Source: Pecten maximus (taxonomy: Eukaryota). Taken from it: a stretch of 64,000 nucleotides of DNA. This document shows positions 27,848 to 38,660 of the stretch, in pieces. The notes beneath the pieces are model-generated. The model was not told the DNA's origin, ran no database searches, and was given only the letters and a program-made list of their open reading frames with translations. The position numbers were made by a program, and so were the translations under genes. How positions within the stretch are numbered: position 1 is the stretch's first letter; the number at the start of each line of letters is the position of its first letter. The stretch lies in NCBI RefSeq assembly GCF_902652985.1, contig NC_047016.1, forward strand, positions 40,114,001 to 40,178,000, in the 5' to 3' direction.

Positions 27848-28402
27848 TACCTGTATAGTAACACCAAGCCATACCTGGACAAGAAACCTTTGATCTTACG
27901 TCCATTACCACCTCTAATTACCTGTACAGTAACACCAAGCCATACCTGGACAGGAGACCTTTGATCTTACCTCCAGTACCACCATTAATTACCTGTACAG
28001 TAACACCAAGCCATACCTAGACAAGAGACCTTTTATCTTACCTCCAGTACCACCACTAATTACCTGTACAGTAACACCAAGCCATACCTAGACAAGAAAC
28101 CTTTGATCTTACCTCCATTACCACCACTAATTACCTGTACAGTAACACCAAGCCATACCTGGACAAGAAACCTTTGATCTTACCTCCAGTACCACCTCTA
28201 ATTACCTGTACAGTAACACCAAGCCATACCTGGACAAGAAACCTTTGATCTTACCTCCATTACCACCACTAATTACCTGTACAGTAACACCAAGCCATAC
28301 CTGGACAAGAGACCTTTGATCTTACCTCCAGTACCACATCTAATTACCTGTACAGTAACACCAAGACAAATACCTGGACAAGAGACCTTTGATCTTACCT
28401 CC
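27848..28402 (+). promoter_or_regulatory. 71-bp tandem array upstream of copy 4; 8 units, 7 intact TCF/LEF sites
   Basis: CCTTTGATCT from 27887 to 28386, one mutated (28029). Confidence 0.7.
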
Positions 28403-28484
28403 GTTACAATATCTACTCCCATTTAACGGTAAAACTGTTTAAATGTAATTAAGATAATTACAATTTGGGAGGAGTTAATTCTTG

Positions 28485-28545
28485 CGACCAATGAAATTGA
28501 ATAACTGAAGTGACCAATCAAAATGAAACAGTGTCCATAAAACCA
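28485..28545 (+). promoter_or_regulatory. Core promoter: two CCAAT boxes 26 bp apart plus TATA-like box (equivalents in all five copies)
   Basis: CCAAT at 28488 and 28514 then CATAAAA; copy 5 CCAAT at 36635 and 36661 then TGTATAA; copies 1/2 TATATAA and copy 3 TATAAAA on minus strand at the same offset; spacer between boxes diverges. Confidence 0.75.
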
Positions 28546-28625
28546 GACGATTTTCTAATCTGATATCAACATTGCCTCTGTACCTACTGCCAGAACTACC
28601 CACTACTTGACCTCTACACTGTACC

Positions 28626-29489
28626 ATGGCTGAGATGACCTCTACTGATGTTGTGTACTACGCCCAGAAGCTCCAGAGTCTGTTACTGGCCCACGACAAC
28701 GCTGCCAAACAGGTCAACTTCTTAGGTATGTATTGTAGGGATAATTAACATACATTTAGATTTTTTCTATACCTGTTTAATATTTCAAAATCTCAAAGTT
28801 TATTTTTTCATTTTCCCCATTGTTTGTATCTTTGCACTGTTTTCTGTATTTTAGCAGGAAAGAAAACTTTATAATAAATAAAATAAAATAAATAAATTAT
28901 TATTAACCAATATGTGAAAATAACACGATGGATTGTTATTTTTTTCCTGTATTATTTCAGTATAAATATCGTTTATATACTGGTAGTATATGTATATGAA
29001 AAAAATACAAACACATTAATTAATTCTTATCTTCCTGTCCTTTTACATATCTTTCAGCAATATGAAACATAGCTTATCTTCGTACAATGTTGCTATATAT
29101 TTAACTTCGTACAATATGTACTATATTTCATCTTTGTATAATATGTTTTATATTTGTAGAATGTGTAATATATTTTATTTTTTTTTCTTCCAGATGACCA
29201 GTTGACTCGCCTTGACCGACAACTTTTCCTATCCACACTTGACGATGCCCACAGCCCTGTCCTCCACCTACTGACCCGCAAGTCCATCATCCAGGGTGTC
29301 CGCAGGATGTTTGACCAGTACCGATCCACCAAGAATCGTCAGGTCCAGGAGTTATCTGCCCTTGTCCTCACTTCCCTGGGAGGAGACCCAGACTTGGAGA
29401 TGCCAGCCACATCGGGAAGGACCGTGGAGACTGACGAGCTAGCCAGGATGTCTACCACCAACTACAGCATTCTCTGGAGGGGTGTGTGA
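28626..29489 (+). CDS. Multicopy 131-aa orphan protein, copy 4 (2 exons)
   Basis: Exons 28626-28725 and 29194-29489; intact; L55P; 468-bp intron; AATAAA at 29945. Confidence 0.88.
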
Positions 29490-30258
29490 TAGACTGATAA
29501 TGTGATTGGTTAATATCGATAATTCCTGTGTCCATAGACGTTAGTGCTATTAAGTGTTTAATAATTGGTTTCTATACACTGTCATATTGTAAGTTAGCGT
29601 ATTGTTACATTGCATTGTTGTGTTTGTGTATTGTCATTGCATTGTTGTGTTTGTGTATTGTCATATTGCAATTTTGTGTTTGTGTATTGTCATTGTATTG
29701 TGTTTGTACCTTGTTACATTGTATTATTGTGTTTGTATATTGTCATTGTATTATTGTATTTGTACCTTGTCATATTGTATTGTTGTCTGTATATAACATT
29801 GAATTGTTAAGTTCGTTAACTGTTGTATTGTATTTTGTCATATTGTATTATTGTGGTTGTTTATTTTGTATTGTATGAGTAATATGATTTTATAATATTG
29901 AATAATTCTTTCATGTGAATCGCTAGTGCTACATTACTTTATTAAATAAATATTAACATAACAATATCATATCAATTTGTTGTTTATCTATTTATTCTTA
30001 TTTTCTTCCTGGAACGCTAGTCAGTAGCGAGTGACCTATTTCTTATCCTATATACAGAGAGTTCTTCATTCCCTCCCACGGGCGAATGCATGTATAGACA
30101 AAGAGATTTTAACCGTTGAAATCAGATATAGGTATAGTTGAATAAGATATATTTCTATTTACTCGAAAAATACAGATATCTATATATGCAAATAATATAT
30201 CTGTTAATTTCATCTAGTGTTTCTGTATATATGTGGGGAAAAGCAAATAAGTCTTAGA

Positions 30259-31026
30259 CAGTGGACTCTGTCTAAACCGGACACCTTTGGGACCACAAAA
30301 TAAAGCCGGTTTGTAGAGAGTTTCGGATTGTAGAGATTCTACTTGATATCGTCGTTGAATGCAAAAAAAAAAAGAACAGGTGTCGCTGTGCATAATTCAT
30401 GCATATACAAACTTCGAATTGAATAACATAATTTAATTCAACACTGGCAATATCACACTATATGTCCGTTACATCGGTTGAAAACAATCACTGATTGTTG
30501 TTTGTTTTAAGAGGCCTTCCACCGAATCCGAACAATCAACCGATTTGACACTTTCTATAAGTGCAGATTCCCAATCTGAGGAATTAGCCTCAATTTCTAA
30601 TTGGTCCTTAATGTTGGCGGCTGTCGTGAGATCCATGTTTGTTGATAATAGAAACGGAGTAATACAAAAGGTATGTCGTCACCATCATCTACGACTTCCT
30701 CATCCGGGTACGTTCGTGTAGTGAGGTCCGCGAAGGAGAAGCCAGCCAGCATGAAACATTTCTGAATTACGATACATTTACAAACATGTTACATTACTGG
30801 TATAAATTGACAAAAAAATGCATTCTTTATTGTACCTAACAACTGTTTAGGTGATTATCCAGTCGTAGCCACCTGTGGACAATGACGTTTAACGGTCAAT
30901 TAATAATATACTGTGCGGCAATTACAACTGTATAAACACTCGTCGGGAGCCCCTGAAGTCAAATTATTTGGCCGGTTTTGGCAAATATCCAGATTGGACA
31001 GAGTCCGGTTTGGACAGAGTGCACTG
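30259..31026. mobile_element. Tc1/mariner-type MITE
   Basis: TIRs CAGTGGACTCTGTCTAAACCGGAC / GTCCGGTTTGGACAGAGTGCACTG, TA on right. Confidence 0.8.
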
Positions 31027-31509
31027 TAAATAGGAATTTGTGTATGTATGTGTGAGTATGTAGAGGAGTATTTGTATTTTATGTACTTTGCATTGACGAA
31101 AAACTTGAATAAAAAGATCATTATAAAAAAATTCTACAGTTACGGTCGAAGATAACGGACAGCAGTCAGGTAATCTTGAGCATCCATATAAATTAATGTT
31201 GAAATAATCATGCACACACCCTATTTAATATATTATTGTATGCTGCTGGTTTTCTGTTGTATTTGCAGCATTATCATCGGTCACAGTTACTTAATCAACA
31301 GGAAAGGGTTACAACATTGCAAGAAAATTTGATGGGCGTTGCACGGAAATTATGTGAAACGGTACTTATGATGGGCGGATGTCGCTACATCTCAGGAAAT
31401 GAGTACTATAGTTTCCATGACTGATGATTGGAAACAATTATTTGATTGAAGTTTCCTTGATTTATGATAGGAAACAAACACTGCATTGAACTTATTGAGA
31501 TCTATATTA

Positions 31510-32071
31510 TGTCTGTACCCAGGATCCTCTTGATTATATTGAATTGTTACCAAACTTGTTGACTCGACATCAGAGGATGTCTGTATACCCAGGATCCCCT
31601 TGATTATATTGAATTGTTGTCAAACATGTTGACTCGACATCAGATGATGTCTGTTCCCAGAATCCTCTTGATTATATTGAATTGTTGTCAAACTTGTTGA
31701 CTCGACATCAGAGGATGTCTGTACCCAGGATCCTCTTGATTATATTGAATTGTTGTCAAACTTGTTGACCCGACATCAGAGGATGTCTGTACCCAGGATC
31801 CCCTTGATTATATTGAATTGTTGTCAAACTTGTTGACTCGACATCAGAGGATGTCTGTTCCCAGAATCCTCTTGATTATATTGAATTGTTGTCAAACTTG
31901 TTGACTCGACATCAGAGGATGTCTGTTCCCAGAATCCTCTTGATTATATTGAATTGTTGTCAAACTTGTTGACCCGACATCAGAGGATGTCTGTTCCCAG
32001 AATCCTCTTGATTATATTGAATTGTTGTCAAACTTGTTGACTCGACATCAGAGGATGTCTGTACCCAGGAT
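31510..32071. repeat. 68-bp tandem repeat, about 8 copies
   Basis: CCAGGATCCTCTTGATTATATTGAATTGTTGTCAAACTTGTTGACTCGACATCAGAGGATGTCTGTAC. Confidence 0.95.
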
Positions 32072-33608
32072 TCTCGTGATGCCTTTATATTGTATTTTAT
32101 GGTACGCCAATTGCGGTGTACATTTGCACTATTGTTTATTAAACTGTGGCCAAGATCATCCAATTATACATTTGTTGAATTGTTTCTTTTAATGTTGACC
32201 ATGTCATTGGGCTATGATAAAGATATCTATATATCTATTTCTAAATTAAAGTTGTCTTACATACAGTTATTCTGATTTGATTAATTAAAGATATATCTGA
32301 ATTGGAAATGTACATATCTGAAATGGCTTGGTATAAACGTGAGTTCGAGGGTAATGAAATTTCACCAATAAACAAATCTGTATTGAAAACAATGCCGATG
32401 TACAAGACAATTGTGGTAACAGTTTATTTAAGTGACAACATAACAAAATATGTGTGTTAAGGGAAGGAACCGCGATATATAAGAATTGCTAAATTCGTGG
32501 TCCTTAAAATGTTTGAAAGACACAGGGACCCCCTCTCGTGCCAAATAGTGTCGTTATGGCAGACTGATATTTCTGTTATTGTATTCATGTTAATGGGACT
32601 TCCTGTTCCGGTTATAACCGAGTCTAGGACACTGATTGTTTTAATCTCGAAGAGTCTAACTTCTTTATCTCGAAGTTAGCTGGAGCCATGAAAAATTTCG
32701 AGATATGCCGAGTATATTCGAAGTAACCTAGTATAGTTTATTTTAAATTGTTTACTGTTTGGACTGAATTTTTACTTCGATGTGAGCATGGTTTTCGAGT
32801 TATCACATTTCGATATAAAGAGGTCTGACTCATTTTTAAACGAACATTAATGTTCGGTTATTGCCATCAAGAACTGGACTGAGAAATATGACCATATTTG
32901 GTATCCACATTCACCAATACGCCATCTACTGTCTGTTTCAATGAAATATGGCTGCCCCCATTGCCTTACGCTTCACATGATTTACCTGCAAAAACATCTT
33001 CGTTTTATATACAATGTAGTAGTTTTACCGAAAATGTTGAATTATATTCAGTAGATGTTTTCAAGATGCATACGATTTGAGAAATGCATAACGCTAGCGA
33101 AATGTTAAGACTAAATGAACCTGAACTTTGCGAATAACTCCAGGTCAATATATTTTTGTAAACAACTATTGCGCAGGCGCATTCGTCTCCGGATGTTTAG
33201 AAAGTTTTGCTCTTCCGTGTTCATTCCAAAACGGCTGACATTATAGCATAGGTCTGCAAATATGTCCGCGATTTACTTAAATATGTATATTCTAGAATGT
33301 TACATCATTATCAACTTGGTGTGTATTTCTATAATTTAGAGAAAGAAATATATCAATAACGGCATACGAGACGATACATTGTATCATACTATAGGTTACT
33401 GTACGTGTTAACGGTGTTTGCGAGAAAGAACTGTATAGACTTACAATTAGGTGGCATTTGTGGTCAGGGTGACTGGTCATAGCGTTAACGTTGTCATCGA
33501 TTTCCATATACCAATTTCCTTTGACGAAAATGACCAATAAATCAAATGCAAATGATAATACATCAAATCAGAGACCTATATACTAACCAGAGACCTATGT
33601 CTCTGATG

Positions 33609-34158
33609 AAATCTACTGTGTTATACATCAAATCTACTGTGTTATACATCAAATCTACTGTGTTATACATCAAATCTCCTGTATTATACATCAAACATAC
33701 TGTATTATACATCAAATCTCCTGAATTATACATCAAATCTACTGTATTATACATCAAATCTCCTGTATTATACATCAAATCTACTGTATTATACATCAAA
33801 TCTCCTGAATTATACATCAAATCTACTGTATTATACATCAAATCTACTGTATTATACATCAAATCTCCTGAATTATACATCAAACCTACTGCATTATACA
33901 TCAATTCTACTGTATTATACATCAAATCTACTGTATTATACATCAAATCTACTGTATTATACATCAAATATCCTGTATTATACATCAAATCTACTGTATT
34001 ATACATCAAATCTCCTGTATTATACATCAAATCTACTGTATTATACATCAAATATACTGTATTATACATCAAATCTACTGTATTATACATCAAATATACT
34101 GTATTATACATCAAATCTACTGTATTATACATCAAACCTACTGTATTATACATCAAAT
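33609..34158. repeat. 21-bp minisatellite, about 26 copies
   Basis: (AAATCTACTGTATTATACATC)n. Confidence 0.95.
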
Positions 34159-34189
34159 CGTTGTTCGTTAAAAAACATAAAGTGCATTT

Positions 34190-34660
34190 TGTTTATTTTT
34201 GTTGTGTAATAGGATCGAGTCATTGTGGTTTGTACGGTAACTGTCACGCAGCTGACGAAGCATACGCTATCACGCCGTATACCGGGTTCGAATCCTGTTT
34301 GTCGGCGCTCGACAGGAATGTTTTTCGACTTTCTTGTCTGCTTTTTATTGTGTTGCAAGTTGTTCACCAATTGTACCCCGACTACAAAATTCGTTTATGT
34401 GTAGCAAAAATAATGTCAGTTCGAGGACGGAACCCTGAGGTACTCCTGAGGTTACTTTCGTCCAAACGGAAATGTCTCAAGTTCACTGACACTGGTTGTA
34501 AAACAGGACTCATCATATAACACTGAAAGTTTATATGTTTATTTTGATCATATTTCTCAGAAATTCATTTCTAGTTCTATGGCTAAAGCTGACGGGGGAC
34601 ATATCTGACCTGATTGATCCGTATCCGTTCTATTTCCGGTAATATGAAAAAGTCTTCCTT
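34190..34660. mobile_element. Old LINE RT remnant (minus) next to tRNA-like SINE head; homologous block at 39345-39880
   Basis: Minus strand reads SVWTKVTSGVPQGSVLELTLFLLHINE (RT motif); CCGGGTTCGAATC B box on plus; both features recur at 39345-39880. Confidence 0.65.
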
Positions 34661-35926
34661 AACTTATATGAATATGGTCATTTCACCTCCATTACTGGCT
34701 ATTTTATGTGGTAATAAAAACAAGTTATCTTAACGTTTGTACAATGCATTACTGACTGACCATATTGCGTGTAGTTTAAACTGTGTTTTATTTGTCAATT
34801 TCCATTTAACAATATATATACAACATATAAATTTCTACTTAAAGGGATCAAAAATAAGTGTCAATACACTTATATCTAGACACCTAGAATTATAGGTTGA
34901 CGTTACCTAACAGCATATACATGATAAAACACATCATCGTATCCTAATGGCAATAAAGTCTAATATGAAAACATCAGTTGGAATTTGATCAAATCATTAA
35001 ATACATTGTGGTTGATAGAAAGGGAGAAAAACGTGAAAGTGGGATTTTCTACTGCCATCTGGTTGTAGATATATATTGATTGTGGTATTAATCTCAAATA
35101 ATAGACGTACAAAATATGTACATGCTACGTTAGAAATGTTTGATTGTACAAGAAAATTTTCACAGCAAGGAATATCCTCGTGTTATCGTCGATGGAAAGA
35201 GAATCATCTCCCGACAAACGTATTGTTATGTTATAATTTATGGTATGGTTACAATATACTTATGTCGTAGATAGGAAAAATTATAACACGTTAAAAGAAT
35301 TGTGAAGTATTACTGGTTCTCATACCCATAAATAGATCGATTATGTCGAAAATATTTTAAAATGAAAACGGTGTCAGTTACGTATGGCTGGCACGAATAA
35401 TAATAGCCAACTTCAATAGTGTTATCCTAGAAAGTCTTAAAAACCTGTATTCGCAACTATATATAATTGTGTTTTTCATTCTGGCCAAAGTGTAAGACAT
35501 AGAATGTTTAAAAACTTATCTGTTAATTTTACCTTAAGGTCAAAAATATACCTTTCTAAAGTATCGTACAGGTGAACGCCGTCATTCCGTTGAAACAAGA
35601 AGATGGGAAAAGTTCTTAGGGAAGAACATGCTTGTGTATTGTGTGATTAATGATCTATTGGGGATGAATACCACTATGTTTTTGAATATGATTTTCTTTT
35701 TCGTATTGAAATATGTACATGTACGAATATTCCGTAATACTATATTCAGTATCAAAATACTATAAAATACTCTGAATTATTTTGTACTTATTTGAAAATA
35801 TTGAAAAACTATTCGCTTTTCTCCATTTTATTATGTTAATATTTCAGTTTCTGTGTTAACTATGCCGGTGTAAGCTTTTATTTACATTGATTTTTTGTCT
35901 AAGTGAGTATGAGATAATCTTTTGTT

Positions 35927-36549
35927 CTGTACAGTAAAAACAAGTCATACCTGGACAAGGGACCTTTGATCTTACCTCCAGTACCACCACTAATTACCTG
36001 TACAGTAAAAACAAGTCATACCTGGACAAGGGACCTTTGATCTTATCGCCAGCACCATCACTAATTACCTGTACAGTAACACCAAGCCATACCTGGACAA
36101 GATACCTTAGATCTGGTCTCCAGTACCACCACTAATTACCTGTACAGTAACACCAAGCCATACCTGGAAAAGAGCCCTTTGATCTGGTCTCCAGTACCAC
36201 CACTAATTACCTGTACAGTAACACCAAGCCATACCTGGACAAGAAACCTTTGATCTTACCTCCAGTACCACCACTAACTACCTGTACAGTAACACCAAGC
36301 CATACCTGGACAAAAGCCCTTGAATCTTACCTCCAGTAACACCACTAATTACCTGTACAGTAACACCAAGCCATACCTGGACAAGGAACCTTTGATCTTA
36401 CCTCCAGTACCACCACTAATTACCTGTACATTAACACCAAGCCATAACTGGACAAGATACCTTTGATCTTACCTCCAGTACCACCTCTAATTACCTGTAC
36501 AGTAACACCAAGCCAAATACCTGGACAAGAGACCTTTGATCTTACCTCC
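35927..36549 (+). promoter_or_regulatory. 71-bp tandem array upstream of copy 5; 9 units, 7 intact TCF/LEF sites
   Basis: CCTTTGATCT from 35963 to 36533, two mutated (36105, 36318), both in distal/middle units. Confidence 0.7.
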
Positions 36550-36772
36550 GTTACGATATCTACTCACATTTAACGGTAAAACTGTTTAAATGTAATTAAG
36601 ATAATTACAATTTGGGAGGAGTTCATTCTTGCGACCAATCAAATTGATCAATTGATTTGTCCAATCAAAATCAAGCCTTGTCTGTATAACCGGACGATTT
36701 TCTAATTTGATATCATTATTGCCTCTGTACCTACTGCCAGAACTACCCACTACTTGACCTCTACTCTGTACC

Positions 36773-37707
36773 ATGGCTGAGATGACCTCTACTGATGTTG
36801 TGTACTACGCCCAGAAACTCCAGAGTCTGTTACTGGCCCACGACAACGCTGCCAAGCAGGTCAACTTCTTAGGTATGTATTGTAGGGATAATTAACATAC
36901 ATTTAGATTTTTTTTCTATGTCTGTTCAATATTTTTTCCTCAAATATCAAAATCTATTTTTTTCCCAATTATTAGTTCTTAATCTTCCAATTTAGCGGTA
37001 TTAATATCTTTGCAGTGTTTTCTGTTCTTCGTGAAGTTTCCTTGGAATTGGTTGAGGTAACGTTCATTGATAAAGAATAATCAATTTTAGCAGGAAAGAA
37101 AAAATTATAATAAATCAAATAAAATAAAAAAAATTATCATTAACATGTGAAATATGTGATAATAGCACGATGGATTATTATTATTTTACTGTATTATTTC
37201 AGTATTAATATCGTTTGTTACTGGTAGCATATGAAAAAAATATAAATCAACACATTAATTAATTATCTTCCTTTCCTTCTCTTACCTATCTTTCAACAAT
37301 ACAATGTTGCTATATATTTTTTTTATGACAATGTGTACTATATTTTATCTTTGTATAATATATTTTATTTTTGTAGAATGTGTAATATATTTTTTATTTC
37401 TTTTATTCCAGATGACCAGTTGACCCGCCTTGACCGACAACTTTTCCTATCCACACTTGACGATGCCCACAGCCTTGTTCTCCACCTACTGACCCGCAAG
37501 TCCATCATCCAGGGTGTTCGCAGGATGTTTGACCAGTACCGATCCACCAAGAACCGTCAGGTCCAGGAGTTATCTGCCCTTGTCCTCACTTCCCTGGGAG
37601 GAGACCCAGACTTGGAGATGCCAGCCACATCGGGAAGGACCGTGGAGACTGACGAGCTAGCCAGGATGTCTACGACCAACTACAGCATTCTCTGGAGGGG
37701 CGTGTGA
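36773..37707 (+). CDS. Multicopy 131-aa orphan protein, copy 5 (2 exons)
   Basis: Exons 36773-36872 and 37412-37707; intact; 539-bp intron; AATAAA at 38782. Confidence 0.88.
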
Positions 37708-37877
37708 TAGACTGATAATGTGATAGTTTAATCTCGGTAATTCCTGTGTCCTTGGACTAGTGCTAATAAGTGACTATATTTTGCTATTTCTTTTATAAGG
37801 AGACGAATTAATATAAGCTTTAGGCTTGTTTTCGAATTCTTACATTCATGTAATGTGTACAACTTTGCATTTGCAAT

Positions 37878-38660
37878 GTGTTTGTATATTGTAACACAGT
37901 ATTTGTATATTGTAACATTGTATTGTTGTGTTTGTATATTGTAACACAGTATTTGTATATTGTAACACAGTATTTGTATATTGTAACATTGTATTGTTGT
38001 GTTTGTATATTGTAACACAGTATTTGTATATTGTAACACAGTATTTGTATATTGTAACATTGTATTGTTGTGTTTGTATATTGTAACACAGTATTTGTAT
38101 ATTGTAACATTGTATTGTTGTGTTTGTATATTGTAACATTGTATTGTTGTGTTTGTATATTGTAACATTGTATTGTTGTGTATGTATATTGTAACATTGT
38201 ATTGTTGTGTTTGTATATTGTAACACAGTATTTGTATATTGTAACATTGTATTGTTGTGTTTGTATATTGTAACACAGTATTTGTATATTGTAACACAGT
38301 ATTTGTATATTGTAACATTGTATTGTTGTGTTTGTATATTGTAACACAGTATTTGTATATTGTAACACAGTATTTGTATATTGTAACATTGTATTGTTGT
38401 GTTTGTATATTGTAACATTGTATTGTTGTGTTTGTATATTGTAACATTGTATTGTTGTGTTTGTATATTGTAACATTGTATTGTTGTGTATGTATATTGT
38501 AACATTGTATTGTTGTGTTTGTATATTGTAACACTGTATTGTTTTGTTTGTATATTGTAACATTGTATTGTTTTGTTCGTATATTGTAACATTGTATTAT
38601 TTTGTTCCTATATTGTAACATGGTATTTTTGTGTTTGTATATTGTAACATTGTATTTTTG
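37878..38660 (+). repeat. Compound 29/20-bp TTGTA-rich tandem array in presumptive 3' UTR of copy 5
   Basis: TTTGTATATTGTAACATTGTATTGTTGTG alternating with TTTGTATATTGTAACACAGTA, between stop 37707 and AATAAA 38782. Confidence 0.95.

Noticed and set aside
33546-34520. 324-aa ORF (STVLYIK repeats) and its antisense ORF
   Set aside because: By-product of a stop-free 21-bp minisatellite running into the antisense of a LINE relic.
11098-37707. Orphan module as a transposon or endogenous virus
   Set aside because: No TIRs, LTRs, TSDs or poly(A) tails at module edges; spliceosomal intron, Pol II promoter and synonymous bias argue for a host gene. Not fully excluded without a genome-wide search.
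37728-38621. Three overlapping 247-297-aa minus-strand ORFs
   Set aside because: Open in all three frames because of the tandem repeat; antisense to the 3' UTR of copy 5.
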